The notes under the pieces were generated by a model. That model did not search any database. It was not told the DNA's origin and saw nothing but the letters and a program-made list of their open reading frames with translations. Shown piece after piece: positions 39,105 through 47,193 of a DNA stretch of 64,000 bases. A program made the position numbers and the translations under genes. How positions within the stretch are numbered: position 1 is the stretch's first letter; each line of letters begins with the position of its first letter. Source of the DNA: an uncultured Facklamia sp. (GTDB taxonomy: Bacteria; Bacillota; Bacilli; Lactobacillales; Aerococcaceae); assembly GCA_964471435.1 (NCBI GenBank), contig CAYYGA010000001.1:108944-172943 (forward strand), read 5' to 3'.

Positions 39105-40283
39105 TTAATCTAATTGAAAATGTTTAATTTCTTGATCTAACAGCTTTCGAAAAAGCTGGGCGGCTGCTTGATTAGTAAACTTTTTATCCTGGATTCTTTT
39201 TACACGGGTTTCACTGGATGGAAAAGAATTTTTTCTTTTTTCTTCTATTAAAGTCATTATTTCACTGCACCAATGTTCATGAGGCGCTTCTAGTGAAATA
39301 CGCTTTACCAGTCCCAGCTTTAAATCCACTTCATGACTTACCGCGTCACTGGCAATGGTTGGTAAACCGGCTGCTTGAGCTTCAATTGCTATTGTCCCTA
39401 AACCTTCAGAAAAGGAGGGCAGGATAACCGCATCAACTGCCGGAAATAAATCAGCTAAAGGATGTATACGGCCTAAAAACTTAATTTGAGAATCTAAGCC
39501 AGCTTCTTTTACTTGTCTCTTTAATTGTTCTTCCAACTTCCCTTCCCCTGCAACTATCAGATAAAGAGTTTGCTTCAAGGAGCGACACTGTTTAATAAGT
39601 TGAAAAGTAAAAGCGTGGTTTTTTACAGCTTCTAAACGGCCCACCTGTGCAATTACTAAATCCTCTTCAGACAATCCCCAGCTGTCACGCCAGCTCTTTC
39701 TTAAACTTTTCTTGACCGCAGAACTTTTCACCCAATCAGAGGGGTCTATGCTATTTGGAATAACGATAAAGTTTTCCCCTGCTTTTAAACTAAAGAGTGC
39801 ACTGATTGCCTGATGTGAACAGCCTACTTTTTCTTTAGACAGGGAGGTATTTATTCTTTGATCCCACCTGCGCTTAATTTCGATATGCAGAGGAACAGCC
39901 TCATTACTATATTTATAATGGGCATGAATATAAAAATTTTGAGCTAGCTGCGGTGAGTGTTTTTTAATTAAGCGGTAATAGACCAGCGCTCGATAACCGG
40001 CTATATGACAGTAAACTGCACTATAAGAATGAGTAAGCAGAATATTGTTAAAGCTTTGTTGAAAAGCAGACCAGCCTTTTTCTTTCGGATTTTGTAAATA
40101 AAAAACCTGCCCCTTACTGGATTCAATCTTTTGTAAAAAAGGGTCCGGGACTTGATGATAAGTTGCCACATCAAACATCATCTTATACGAAGGGGCTTCA
40201 ACCGCCAAATTTTGGATAAAAGTTGAGATGCCTCCTCCAAAAGAGGACATGATATGTAAAACTCGTTTTTGATCCTCAGCCAT
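39105..40283 (-). CDS. Glycosyltransferase family 4 (GT-B, GT1 clan)
   Basis: 392 aa. C-terminal EGLGTIAIEAQAAGLP (the E-x7-E region). Confidence 0.8.
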   Translation of the reverse strand: MAEDQKRVLHIMSSFGGGISTFIQNLAVEAPSYKMMFDVATYHQVPDPFLQKIESSKGQVFYLQNPKEKGWSAFQQSFNNILLTHSYSAVYCHIAGYRALVYYRLIKKHSPQLAQNFYIHAHYKYSNEAVPLHIEIKRRWDQRINTSLSKEKVGCSHQAISALFSLKAGENFIVIPNSIDPSDWVKSSAVKKSLRKSWRDSWGLSEEDLVIAQVGRLEAVKNHAFTFQLIKQCRSLKQTLYLIVAGEGKLEEQLKRQVKEAGLDSQIKFLGRIHPLADLFPAVDAVILPSFSEGLGTIAIEAQAAGLPTIASDAVSHEVDLKLGLVKRISLEAPHEHWCSEIMTLIEEKRKNSFPSSETRVKRIQDKKFTNQAAAQLFRKLLDQEIKHFQLD

Positions 40284-40335
40284 TTTCCTCCACCTCCTTA
40301 TTAATAATAGTAATCATTCAAAGTAAATTTTGAAT

Positions 40336-41331
40336 TTACTCTTCTATTTGCTCTTGATAAAACTGAGTGATTCTATTTTGAATTGCTGCTAGTGTCTCTT
40401 CACTCACCCGCTCGACTAATTTATCTTCTTCCATTATAGGCGGATTGGAAACGGTAAATATTTCAGCATCTGAAAGTGCAGTGGGGACATTTCTTAAGGA
40501 CATTTCCACCATTTGATTAAAACTGATATTAGTTACCAAAGCATTCTGCAGACTTATAAAATACTCATCCCATCGTCTGACCTCTGTCCATCGACTTAAT
40601 TTATCAATACTTGATAAGAAAAAGTCTTGCTGCAACGCTGTCGTCTGTTCTATATCCAAGCCATGCGGTTGAATCGACTGCCAAAGAGCCAGACTGCTAT
40701 CAACCTTTAGAGCACCTGTCTGGCTTTCTAATGGGTGAATTAAATTTACAAACTCATGAAGTTCACCAACATCAACTTCAATGATAAAATCAGCTTTCTG
40801 TCTGGATGCACTTTCTAAGACTTTCAGCACACTGGTCGATCCCCCCGTTGAGAACAGATCCGCCAAGGTTTGATTGGAATGAAATACTTGCTGCGGTGCC
40901 AGGTCCGATACTAAAAGCCGAGGTGAGTAATCGAAACGTAAAGCAGTTTGACTGCTGGGAATTAAGCTATACCAGGAAATAAGTGTCGCTTCTTGTTTAC
41001 CAATCCGGCCTGCTAAAGGGTAATCATAGCCTACCACTATAATTTCTACAGCCGGATCTGCCAGACGGGAGAGTCTTTGAGAGTGACTTTCTTTTAACAT
41101 TAAATCTTCAGAAAGAATGTCGGTCCGACCTATTAAAACACCATCTAAAGGCTGGTAGGCTTCTTCAAAATGATTTTTCTGGGTTAAGCATACAAAAAAT
41201 CCGACTACACCAATAAGCATCAAGATAAATAGCGAAAAGATTCTTTTACTCACAAAAAAACTTCCACTTCCTTGAGGTTGCGGCCGATGTTCCTCTGTTT
41301 GAGATAAGTGCCTGTAGTTACGCTTAGACAT
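40336..41331 (-). CDS. Divergent LytR-CpsA-Psr (LCP)-like membrane-anchored protein
   Basis: 331 aa. Basic N-terminus and a single TM, in the first-gene (cpsA) position of the polysaccharide locus. The by-eye match to the LCP core is weak (IIVVGYDY...; FSTGGSTSVLKVLESASRQKADFIIEVDVGELHEFVNLI). Confidence 0.4.
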   Translation of the reverse strand: MSKRNYRHLSQTEEHRPQPQGSGSFFVSKRIFSLFILMLIGVVGFFVCLTQKNHFEEAYQPLDGVLIGRTDILSEDLMLKESHSQRLSRLADPAVEIIVVGYDYPLAGRIGKQEATLISWYSLIPSSQTALRFDYSPRLLVSDLAPQQVFHSNQTLADLFSTGGSTSVLKVLESASRQKADFIIEVDVGELHEFVNLIHPLESQTGALKVDSSLALWQSIQPHGLDIEQTTALQQDFFLSSIDKLSRWTEVRRWDEYFISLQNALVTNISFNQMVEMSLRNVPTALSDAEIFTVSNPPIMEEDKLVERVSEETLAAIQNRITQFYQEQIEE

Positions 41332-41631
41332 CCTATCATTCCTTTATTATATTTTTATTTTATAAGCTTGATTAGTCATAGGAAATCAGCTTACGCTCAC
41401 ACAAAGCAAACTTAAAGTTTCTTCAAAAGCCTGCTTGGGAGTGAAGCCAATACTGAAAATCATTATAGCATATTTTCATATTGATAGATTTATCTTAGCT
41501 GTTTTTCCTATATTTTTTCTTCCTATAATTTCCATACCACTATGCTGTTAATTTTGATATACTTAACAACAGATAAAAACAGTAGTTTGTCACTGTTTTC
41601 ACTGATTAATTTTGAGTGAGGAGGGGAAAAA

Positions 41632-42084
41632 TTGGCAGAAGCCTTAATTGTTTTTGCAAGCTTGACTGGAAATACAGAAGAGATGGCTGATATTATCGCT
41701 GAAAGATTTGAAGATGAACATGGGATTACCACGGAGATTTTAGAGGTAATGCAGGCAGACGCAGCAGATTTTTTAGATTATGATGCAGTATTAGTTGGCT
41801 CTTATACATATGGAACTGATGGAATTCTTCCAGATGAGATGCTGGACTTTTATGAAGACTTAGGAGAACTGGACTTATCTGAAAAAGTCTTTGGAGTTTT
41901 TGGTTCCGGTGATACTTATTACGAAATTTTTTGCGGAGCCGTTGATGCATTTGAAAAACAGTTTACTCAAGTCGGTGCTGTAAAGGGTGGCGAAAGTGTC
42001 AAAATTAATTTAAATGCTGAAGGTGAAGATATCGAACGTTTGCAAACCCTGGCAGATGGCATCGCCGCTCAATTAATGCAATAA
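41632..42084 (+). CDS. Flavodoxin (short-chain)
   Basis: 150 aa. TTG start after GAGGAGGGG. FMN-phosphate loop ASLTGNTEEMA. Confidence 0.85.
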   Translation: MAEALIVFASLTGNTEEMADIIAERFEDEHGITTEILEVMQADAADFLDYDAVLVGSYTYGTDGILPDEMLDFYEDLGELDLSEKVFGVFGSGDTYYEIFCGAVDAFEKQFTQVGAVKGGESVKINLNAEGEDIERLQTLADGIAAQLMQ

Positions 42085-42136
42085 ATGTTAACTTTGGTTA
42101 ATTTTTTATTTACTTTGGAATTAGAAAGAGGATTTT

Positions 42137-43378
42137 ATGACTTTAGAAAATTTTGATCAACTATTACAAAAATATGCTGATTTAATTGTCCATAAAGGGA
42201 TAGCTGTAACTAATGGAGATTTTGTTTCCATTAATACCGATATTGAACAAGCACCCTTAGTGCGATTAATTGTAGACTCAGCCTACCTGGCTGGGGCAGC
42301 ACACGTAAATGTAGACTGGTCTGATGACGCATTAAGCCGCATGCATTACCAATACCGTAGTGAAGAAACACTTAAAGAAGTACCTCAACATCGTATTGAT
42401 GAAGGCCACTATAATATCGAGAAAAGAACAAAGCGTATTTCTTTACGTTCAAGCAACCCAAATGCTTTAAAAGGGATTAATCCCGTTAAAATAAATACTG
42501 CTCAAAAAGCTACTTCTAAAGCTCTTGAACATGTACGCCTGGCGACTCAAGCGAATGTGGTATCATGGATAGTTGCAGCCGGTGCCGGTAAAGAATGGGC
42601 TGCTTTGGTCTTTCCCGAACTAGAAAATAGTGAAGCACAAGTCGATGCTTTATGGGATCAAATCTTCAAAACAACACGCGTCTATGAAGAGGATCCAATC
42701 AAAGCATGGGATGATCACGAAGCACGTCTCAATGAAAAAGCATCTTTCTTAAACCAACAGCAATTTAATGCCCTTCATTACACTGGTCCAGGAACTGACT
42801 TAACCTTAGGTTTACCCAAAAACCATGTTTGGGAATCTGCTGGTTCTTATAATGAAAAAGGTGAAAAATTCATTGCTAATATGCCGACTGAAGAAGTTTT
42901 TACAGCCCCTGATTCACGCAGAGCAGATGGTGTCATTGCAGCTTCAAAACCTTTATCCTACGGCGGAACTGTTATCGATGGAATGGTTTTCCATTTCCAA
43001 GAAGGTAAAGTTACCGAAGTCTCAGCAGAAGAAGGAGAAGAAACACTGCGCCAATTGGTAGAAGATAACGAAGGTTCACGATCCTTAGGTGAAGTGGCTT
43101 TAGTTCCTCACCAATCTCCTATCTCACAATCAGGAATTATTTTCTTCAATACTCTTTTTGATGAAAATGCATCCAACCACCTTGCTTTAGGCCAGGCATA
43201 TGCTTCTTCAGTTGAAGGCGGCACTAAAATGTCTCAAGAAGAATTAAATGATGCTGGATTAAACCGCTCAAATGTTCATGTAGACTTCATGGTAGGTAAC
43301 GCAGAGATGAATATTGACGGGATTAAAGAAGATGGTACACGGGTAGCTATTTTCCGTAAAGGTGAATGGGCCTTTTAA
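42137..43378 (+). CDS. pepS: Aminopeptidase, M29 family (PepS/AmpS-like)
   Basis: 413 aa. The C-terminal half carries M29-like ENASNHLALG and NVHVDFM metal-ligand regions. Confidence 0.8.
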   Translation: MTLENFDQLLQKYADLIVHKGIAVTNGDFVSINTDIEQAPLVRLIVDSAYLAGAAHVNVDWSDDALSRMHYQYRSEETLKEVPQHRIDEGHYNIEKRTKRISLRSSNPNALKGINPVKINTAQKATSKALEHVRLATQANVVSWIVAAGAGKEWAALVFPELENSEAQVDALWDQIFKTTRVYEEDPIKAWDDHEARLNEKASFLNQQQFNALHYTGPGTDLTLGLPKNHVWESAGSYNEKGEKFIANMPTEEVFTAPDSRRADGVIAASKPLSYGGTVIDGMVFHFQEGKVTEVSAEEGEETLRQLVEDNEGSRSLGEVALVPHQSPISQSGIIFFNTLFDENASNHLALGQAYASSVEGGTKMSQEELNDAGLNRSNVHVDFMVGNAEMNIDGIKEDGTRVAIFRKGEWAF

Positions 43379-43553
43379 AAAATTTATTAATTTGAAAGTT
43401 TAATCATAAAACACTCCTTGATCTCAGTAAAATTAAGCCTTTTTCTTACCAACTTATTTAAGTAAGTATTAGGAGTATCCCTACTGAGATCTGGGTATCA
43501 GGTCGGTATCCAGTTTATCGATATGGACCAAAAATAAACTAGGAGGCAGCATA

Positions 43554-43823
43554 GTGGGAACTTCAAATGACTTTAGTAATATGATAGAAGAAGAAATTTC
43601 CAAGCAATTAAAAGAATTTGACAAGCGAGTCGATCGGACAGGCTGGCCTTTGCTTATTGTAGGCGTCATCGCCTTATTCTTGCTAGTTTATTTATTTTCG
43701 ACAGTATTCAGCTTTCCTACCAACGAAGAGTACACTGACAGCCAGCAGGCTTTGACTCAGCGTATAGCAGATTTAGAAGAACGTGTAGAGTATTTAGAAC
43801 TTCAAACAGAAAGCTCTGAATAA
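43554..43823 (+). CDS. Small single-pass membrane protein with a C-terminal coiled-coil segment
   Basis: 89 aa. GTG start 7 nt after AGGAGG. One TM (LLIVGVIALFLLVYLFSTVF). The C-terminus is LTQRIADLEERVEYLELQ. Confidence 0.5.
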   Translation: MGTSNDFSNMIEEEISKQLKEFDKRVDRTGWPLLIVGVIALFLLVYLFSTVFSFPTNEEYTDSQQALTQRIADLEERVEYLELQTESSE

Positions 43824-43924
43824 ATTATCCATGCCAGGCGTGGCGACTAAACTTACTGGAAGCTGTCATCTTGATATCAATTATCAAAATCAACTGACTA
43901 AAATTTTAAAAAAGGAGCTGACTT

Positions 43925-45040
43925 ATGAGACTGTTACATATAAATTCATACTTTTCAACTTCAGGTTTATTCCAGCAACTTTATGATCGCCAAGTCGCCC
44001 AAGGTCATGAATTAAATGTGTATGTGCCTATTTCCCGTCAATATTCCGAAGACAAACTGGCAGCTGTCGGCGACTACACTTCTGTCAGCCGCAATCATAA
44101 CCAATGGGATCGACTGTTTTTTCATTTAAAACATAAAAAAATATTAGAAGATTTACAAAGCTATTATTCATTCTCAAAATTTGATATTATTCACGCTCAC
44201 TCCACTTTTTCCAATGGATGGCTGGCACGTCAAATAGCACTGGAATATGATATTCCCTATGTCGTAGCAGTGCGTAATGCAGACCTGCGGACTTTTTTTG
44301 AAAAAATGCCTTGGCTTCGAAATCTAGGCCTGGATATTTTAAGAGATGCAGCACAAATTATTTTTATTTCAAAGAATACCTGCGAGCAAGTATTCGCTAA
44401 ATATATCCCTTTAACCGAACATGACAGCTTTAAAGCTAAGACGCGTATCATCGCAAATGGGATTGATGATTTTTGGCACGAAAACCGCTATGACAATAAG
44501 CCTTTAAAATTAAATCCTCCTTTAAAAATTGTTTCAGCAGGGAAATTAACTCCGGGTAAAAGATTCATTCAGCTGGCAGATATGATTGAGTCTTACAATC
44601 AAATCTATGATAATGCCCAACTGCATGTTATTGGGCCTAATTGGAATAATAAAGTTTTAAAGCAAATCGAACAGCATGAAGCAATCATCTATCATGGTGA
44701 AATGAATAAAGAAGAACTCAAAAATTTCTATCGAGAAATGGATATTTTCGCCTTGCTCTCCTACCCTGAAACCTTTGGACTCGTTTATCCAGAAGCTATG
44801 AGTCAAGGCTTGCCGGTTATTTACAGCAGAGGTGAAGGTTTTGATGGTTTCTTTGAAAATCACCAAGTAGGAGTCAGTGTGGCTTTAAACGACCAGATTG
44901 CATTTAATGAAGCCTTACAATTTATTATTCGATATTATAAAGATTTGTCTAAAAATGCCCGTGTTGGGATAGAATATTTTAAGTGGGATCATATCGCCGA
45001 CCAGTATAATGAACTATACTCCGATATTTTGAATAATTAA
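43925..45040 (+). CDS. Glycosyltransferase family 4 (GT-B)
   Basis: 371 aa. ETFGLVYPEAMSQGLPVIYSRGEG (the E-x7-E region). RBS is AAGGAG. Confidence 0.8.
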   Translation: MRLLHINSYFSTSGLFQQLYDRQVAQGHELNVYVPISRQYSEDKLAAVGDYTSVSRNHNQWDRLFFHLKHKKILEDLQSYYSFSKFDIIHAHSTFSNGWLARQIALEYDIPYVVAVRNADLRTFFEKMPWLRNLGLDILRDAAQIIFISKNTCEQVFAKYIPLTEHDSFKAKTRIIANGIDDFWHENRYDNKPLKLNPPLKIVSAGKLTPGKRFIQLADMIESYNQIYDNAQLHVIGPNWNNKVLKQIEQHEAIIYHGEMNKEELKNFYREMDIFALLSYPETFGLVYPEAMSQGLPVIYSRGEGFDGFFENHQVGVSVALNDQIAFNEALQFIIRYYKDLSKNARVGIEYFKWDHIADQYNELYSDILNN

Positions 45041-45055
45041 AACAAAAACTCATTT

Positions 45056-45098
45056 AAAAAGCGACTCGACTGTTTTTCAACAGTCGAGTCGCTTTTTT
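45056..45098. terminator. Strong bidirectional terminator between GT4 and map
   Basis: A perfect 19-bp stem: AAAAAGCGACTCGACTGTT (45056-45074) pairs with AACAGTCGAGTCGCTTTTT (45079-45097). Confidence 0.9.
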
Positions 45099-45161
45099 GA
45101 TTCTATAACGATTTAATACTCTTTCATTCAATGAAAGTTCTAGCCTAAGAGCATTACTTTT

Positions 45162-45929
45162 TTATTGTAAAATTGAAGATTCAGACTGTTCAGTCATTAA
45201 AAGAGGGCCGTCTTGAGTAATTGCAATCGAATGTTCATACTGTGCACAATAACCACCATCACGCGTGCGCGCAGTCCAACCATTATCATCCATTTTCATT
45301 CTCCAAGTACCAGTAGTAACCATTGGTTCGATGGTAATTGTCATTCCTTCTTTGAGACGTAAGCCTTTACCTGCCATACCATAGTGAGGTACCGCCGGCT
45401 CTTCATGTATAGAAGGTCCAATTCCGTGTCCGATAAAATCCCGGACTACCCCAAATCCTTTGCCTTCAACATAGCTTTGGATGGCATGACCAATATCGCC
45501 GATACGATTTCCGATCTGAGCTTGTTCAATGCCTAAATATAAAGCTTTTTTGGTCACTTCCATTAAACGTTGATGTTCCGGAGTAATTTCACCTACGGCA
45601 TAACACCAGCAAGAATCAGAGATTGCACCATTTAAGTCGACACAAAAATCTACTTTCACAATATCACCTGATTTTAAGCGGTAGTTTGAAGGAAACCCAT
45701 GACAAATTTCATCATTTACAGAAGTACACGTCGCAAATTGATAATCTTGGTAGCCTATTTGTGCTGCTACAGCACCTGCTTCTTCAATTTTTTGATGTAC
45801 AAATTGATCGATTTCTTTAGTGGTCACACCTTCTTTGATGAAGTCACGTAAGGCGACATGAATACCAGCCAATAATTCACCGGATTCCTGCATTGCTTTG
45901 ATTTCTCTTTCCGATTTTAGTGTAATCAT
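45162..45929 (-). CDS. map: Type I methionine aminopeptidase
   Basis: MITLKSEREIKAMQESG start (ATG 45929, RBS AGGAG). Metal-ligand pattern D..D..H..E..E (VDFCVDLNG, GHGIG, TIEP, QYEHS). Confidence 0.9.
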   Translation of the reverse strand: MITLKSEREIKAMQESGELLAGIHVALRDFIKEGVTTKEIDQFVHQKIEEAGAVAAQIGYQDYQFATCTSVNDEICHGFPSNYRLKSGDIVKVDFCVDLNGAISDSCWCYAVGEITPEHQRLMEVTKKALYLGIEQAQIGNRIGDIGHAIQSYVEGKGFGVVRDFIGHGIGPSIHEEPAVPHYGMAGKGLRLKEGMTITIEPMVTTGTWRMKMDDNGWTARTRDGGYCAQYEHSIAITQDGPLLMTEQSESSILQ

Positions 45930-46163
45930 TTCTCTCCTCTTTTCTAAATACATATCTTAATTAGTTTAGCAGATTGCCTACCGACTTTAAAGACCAAGAG
46001 CCATGCATAGCGCATCTAAATCCCCTTATGTGTATTTCAAACCTTCCAAATCTATACAAACTTTAATGAATGTGAATAATCTCTCAATTTAATCTTGCAC
46101 CTCAACTTTTATTATGTTAGCATGAGATAAATTAAAAGTAAATGAGAGTCCGGAGGGGATTAG

Positions 46164-46964
46164 ATGCTGAATATTAATAATTACAAAGATAAATTAGTTC
46201 ATTGGGATGGAAATCTAAATCAAGAAGGGTTCAATCTCTTATTAGAAGATGGAAAATTTGTGGTCGTTCCTACTAAAGTGGGATACATTATCGGAACCAG
46301 TGATAAAGCGGGTCTTGAACGGAAGTTTTCGGCCAAAAATCGAAAACGTAATAAACCCGGTGTGGTACTCGTAGGATCAATGGAACAATTGAAAACTATC
46401 GCTGACATGACGCCAAATATTGAAAAACTTTATCAACAATGTTTTGACCGTGATATTTTATTAGGATGTATCCTTCCTTGGAAAAAATCAGGAAAAAAAT
46501 ATATTCCGGATGATGGCTCTGAAGAATTAATGACGGATGTACGTGGAACTTCCTGTTTTGTCATTAACTTTGGGATTCCCGGTTCTCAACTTGCGAGCGC
46601 TCTATGGGAGAAGGACAATAAATTAATGTTTGCTTCCTCAGCTAATCCTTCAGGAAAAGGAAACCGCGGCTTAGTAGAAGGTATCGGAGAACAAATTGCT
46701 GATGAAGCAGATTTAATCATCGAAGGAAATGATTATGTAGCTTCCATTCAACCGGAAGAGTCAGTGGAGACTCGTTATGAACAAGGAGTAATGATTTCAA
46801 TGGTTGACCACGAAGGCAACTTACTGCCTGACCAAAGACTTGATGAACGTTCATCAGAACAAAGACCGGTTTATATAAGAAAAGGATTATATAATGAACA
46901 AATTATGGAGTTACTGTCTAATGATTGGAACTCCTGGGATTACCGTCATGGAGAATATTATTAA
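46164..46964 (+). CDS. Sua5/YciO/YrdC-fold family protein (divergent paralogue)
   Basis: 266 aa. VVVPTKVGYIIG (compare PTDTVYGL), KNRKRNKPGVVLV, and ASSANPSGKG (compare TSAN.SG). No Sua5 C-terminal domain is recognisable. Confidence 0.55.
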   Translation: MLNINNYKDKLVHWDGNLNQEGFNLLLEDGKFVVVPTKVGYIIGTSDKAGLERKFSAKNRKRNKPGVVLVGSMEQLKTIADMTPNIEKLYQQCFDRDILLGCILPWKKSGKKYIPDDGSEELMTDVRGTSCFVINFGIPGSQLASALWEKDNKLMFASSANPSGKGNRGLVEGIGEQIADEADLIIEGNDYVASIQPEESVETRYEQGVMISMVDHEGNLLPDQRLDERSSEQRPVYIRKGLYNEQIMELLSNDWNSWDYRHGEYY

Positions 46965-46989
46965 AAAGATAAGAAAGGTGGCTGTTACA

Positions 46990-47049
46990 ATGAACTTCAA
47001 TCTGACAATTAAATACTCACAGCCGATAGCTGCCTTATTATTACTTTAG
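46990..47049 (+). CDS. leuL: leu operon leader peptide (19 aa: MNFNLTIKYSQPIAALLLL)
   Basis: Not in the ORF track. The ATG at 46990 lies 8 nt after AAAGGTGG. The last four sense codons are TTA TTA TTA CTT (47035-47046), with TAG at 47047-47049. Two hairpins follow, the second with a T-run, 57 nt before leuA. Confidence 0.7.
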   Translation: MNFNLTIKYSQPIAALLLL

Positions 47050-47082
47050 GGCTTAGACGTTTTTCTTTTTACGTTTAAGCCC
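47049..47082 (+). promoter_or_regulatory. Leader hairpin A, abutting the leader-peptide stop codon
   Basis: GGGCTTAGACG (47049-47059) pairs with CGTTTAAGCCC (47072-47082) with one mismatch and a T-rich loop. Confidence 0.5.
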
Positions 47083-47086
47083 TTAA

Positions 47087-47137
47087 AAGCATGTACATTT
47101 CGCATGGTCGCCCCATCAATGTAGATGCTTTTTTATT
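47087..47137 (+). terminator. Attenuator terminator upstream of leuA
   Basis: AAGCATGTACA (47087-47097) pairs with TGTAGATGCTT (47120-47130) with one mismatch and a 22-nt loop, followed by TTTTTTATTT. Confidence 0.6.
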
Positions 47138-47193
47138 TACTTTTCTATATCAACCACCCATTTATTTTCAACACATAAAAAGGAGCATGCATC

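Noticed and set aside
41523-41950. ORFs 41523-41732 (-) and 41726-41950 (-) around the flavodoxin gene.
   Set aside because: They overlap the flavodoxin CDS or its RBS on the opposite strand. They have no RBS and no recognisable family. The flavodoxin call explains the region.
46974-46990. AAAGGTGGCTGTTAC upstream of leuA superficially resembles the T-box core (GGTGGTACC).
   Set aside because: There are too many mismatches and no specifier-loop or antiterminator context. The GGTGG is better explained as the RBS of the Leu-rich leader peptide that starts 8 nt downstream.
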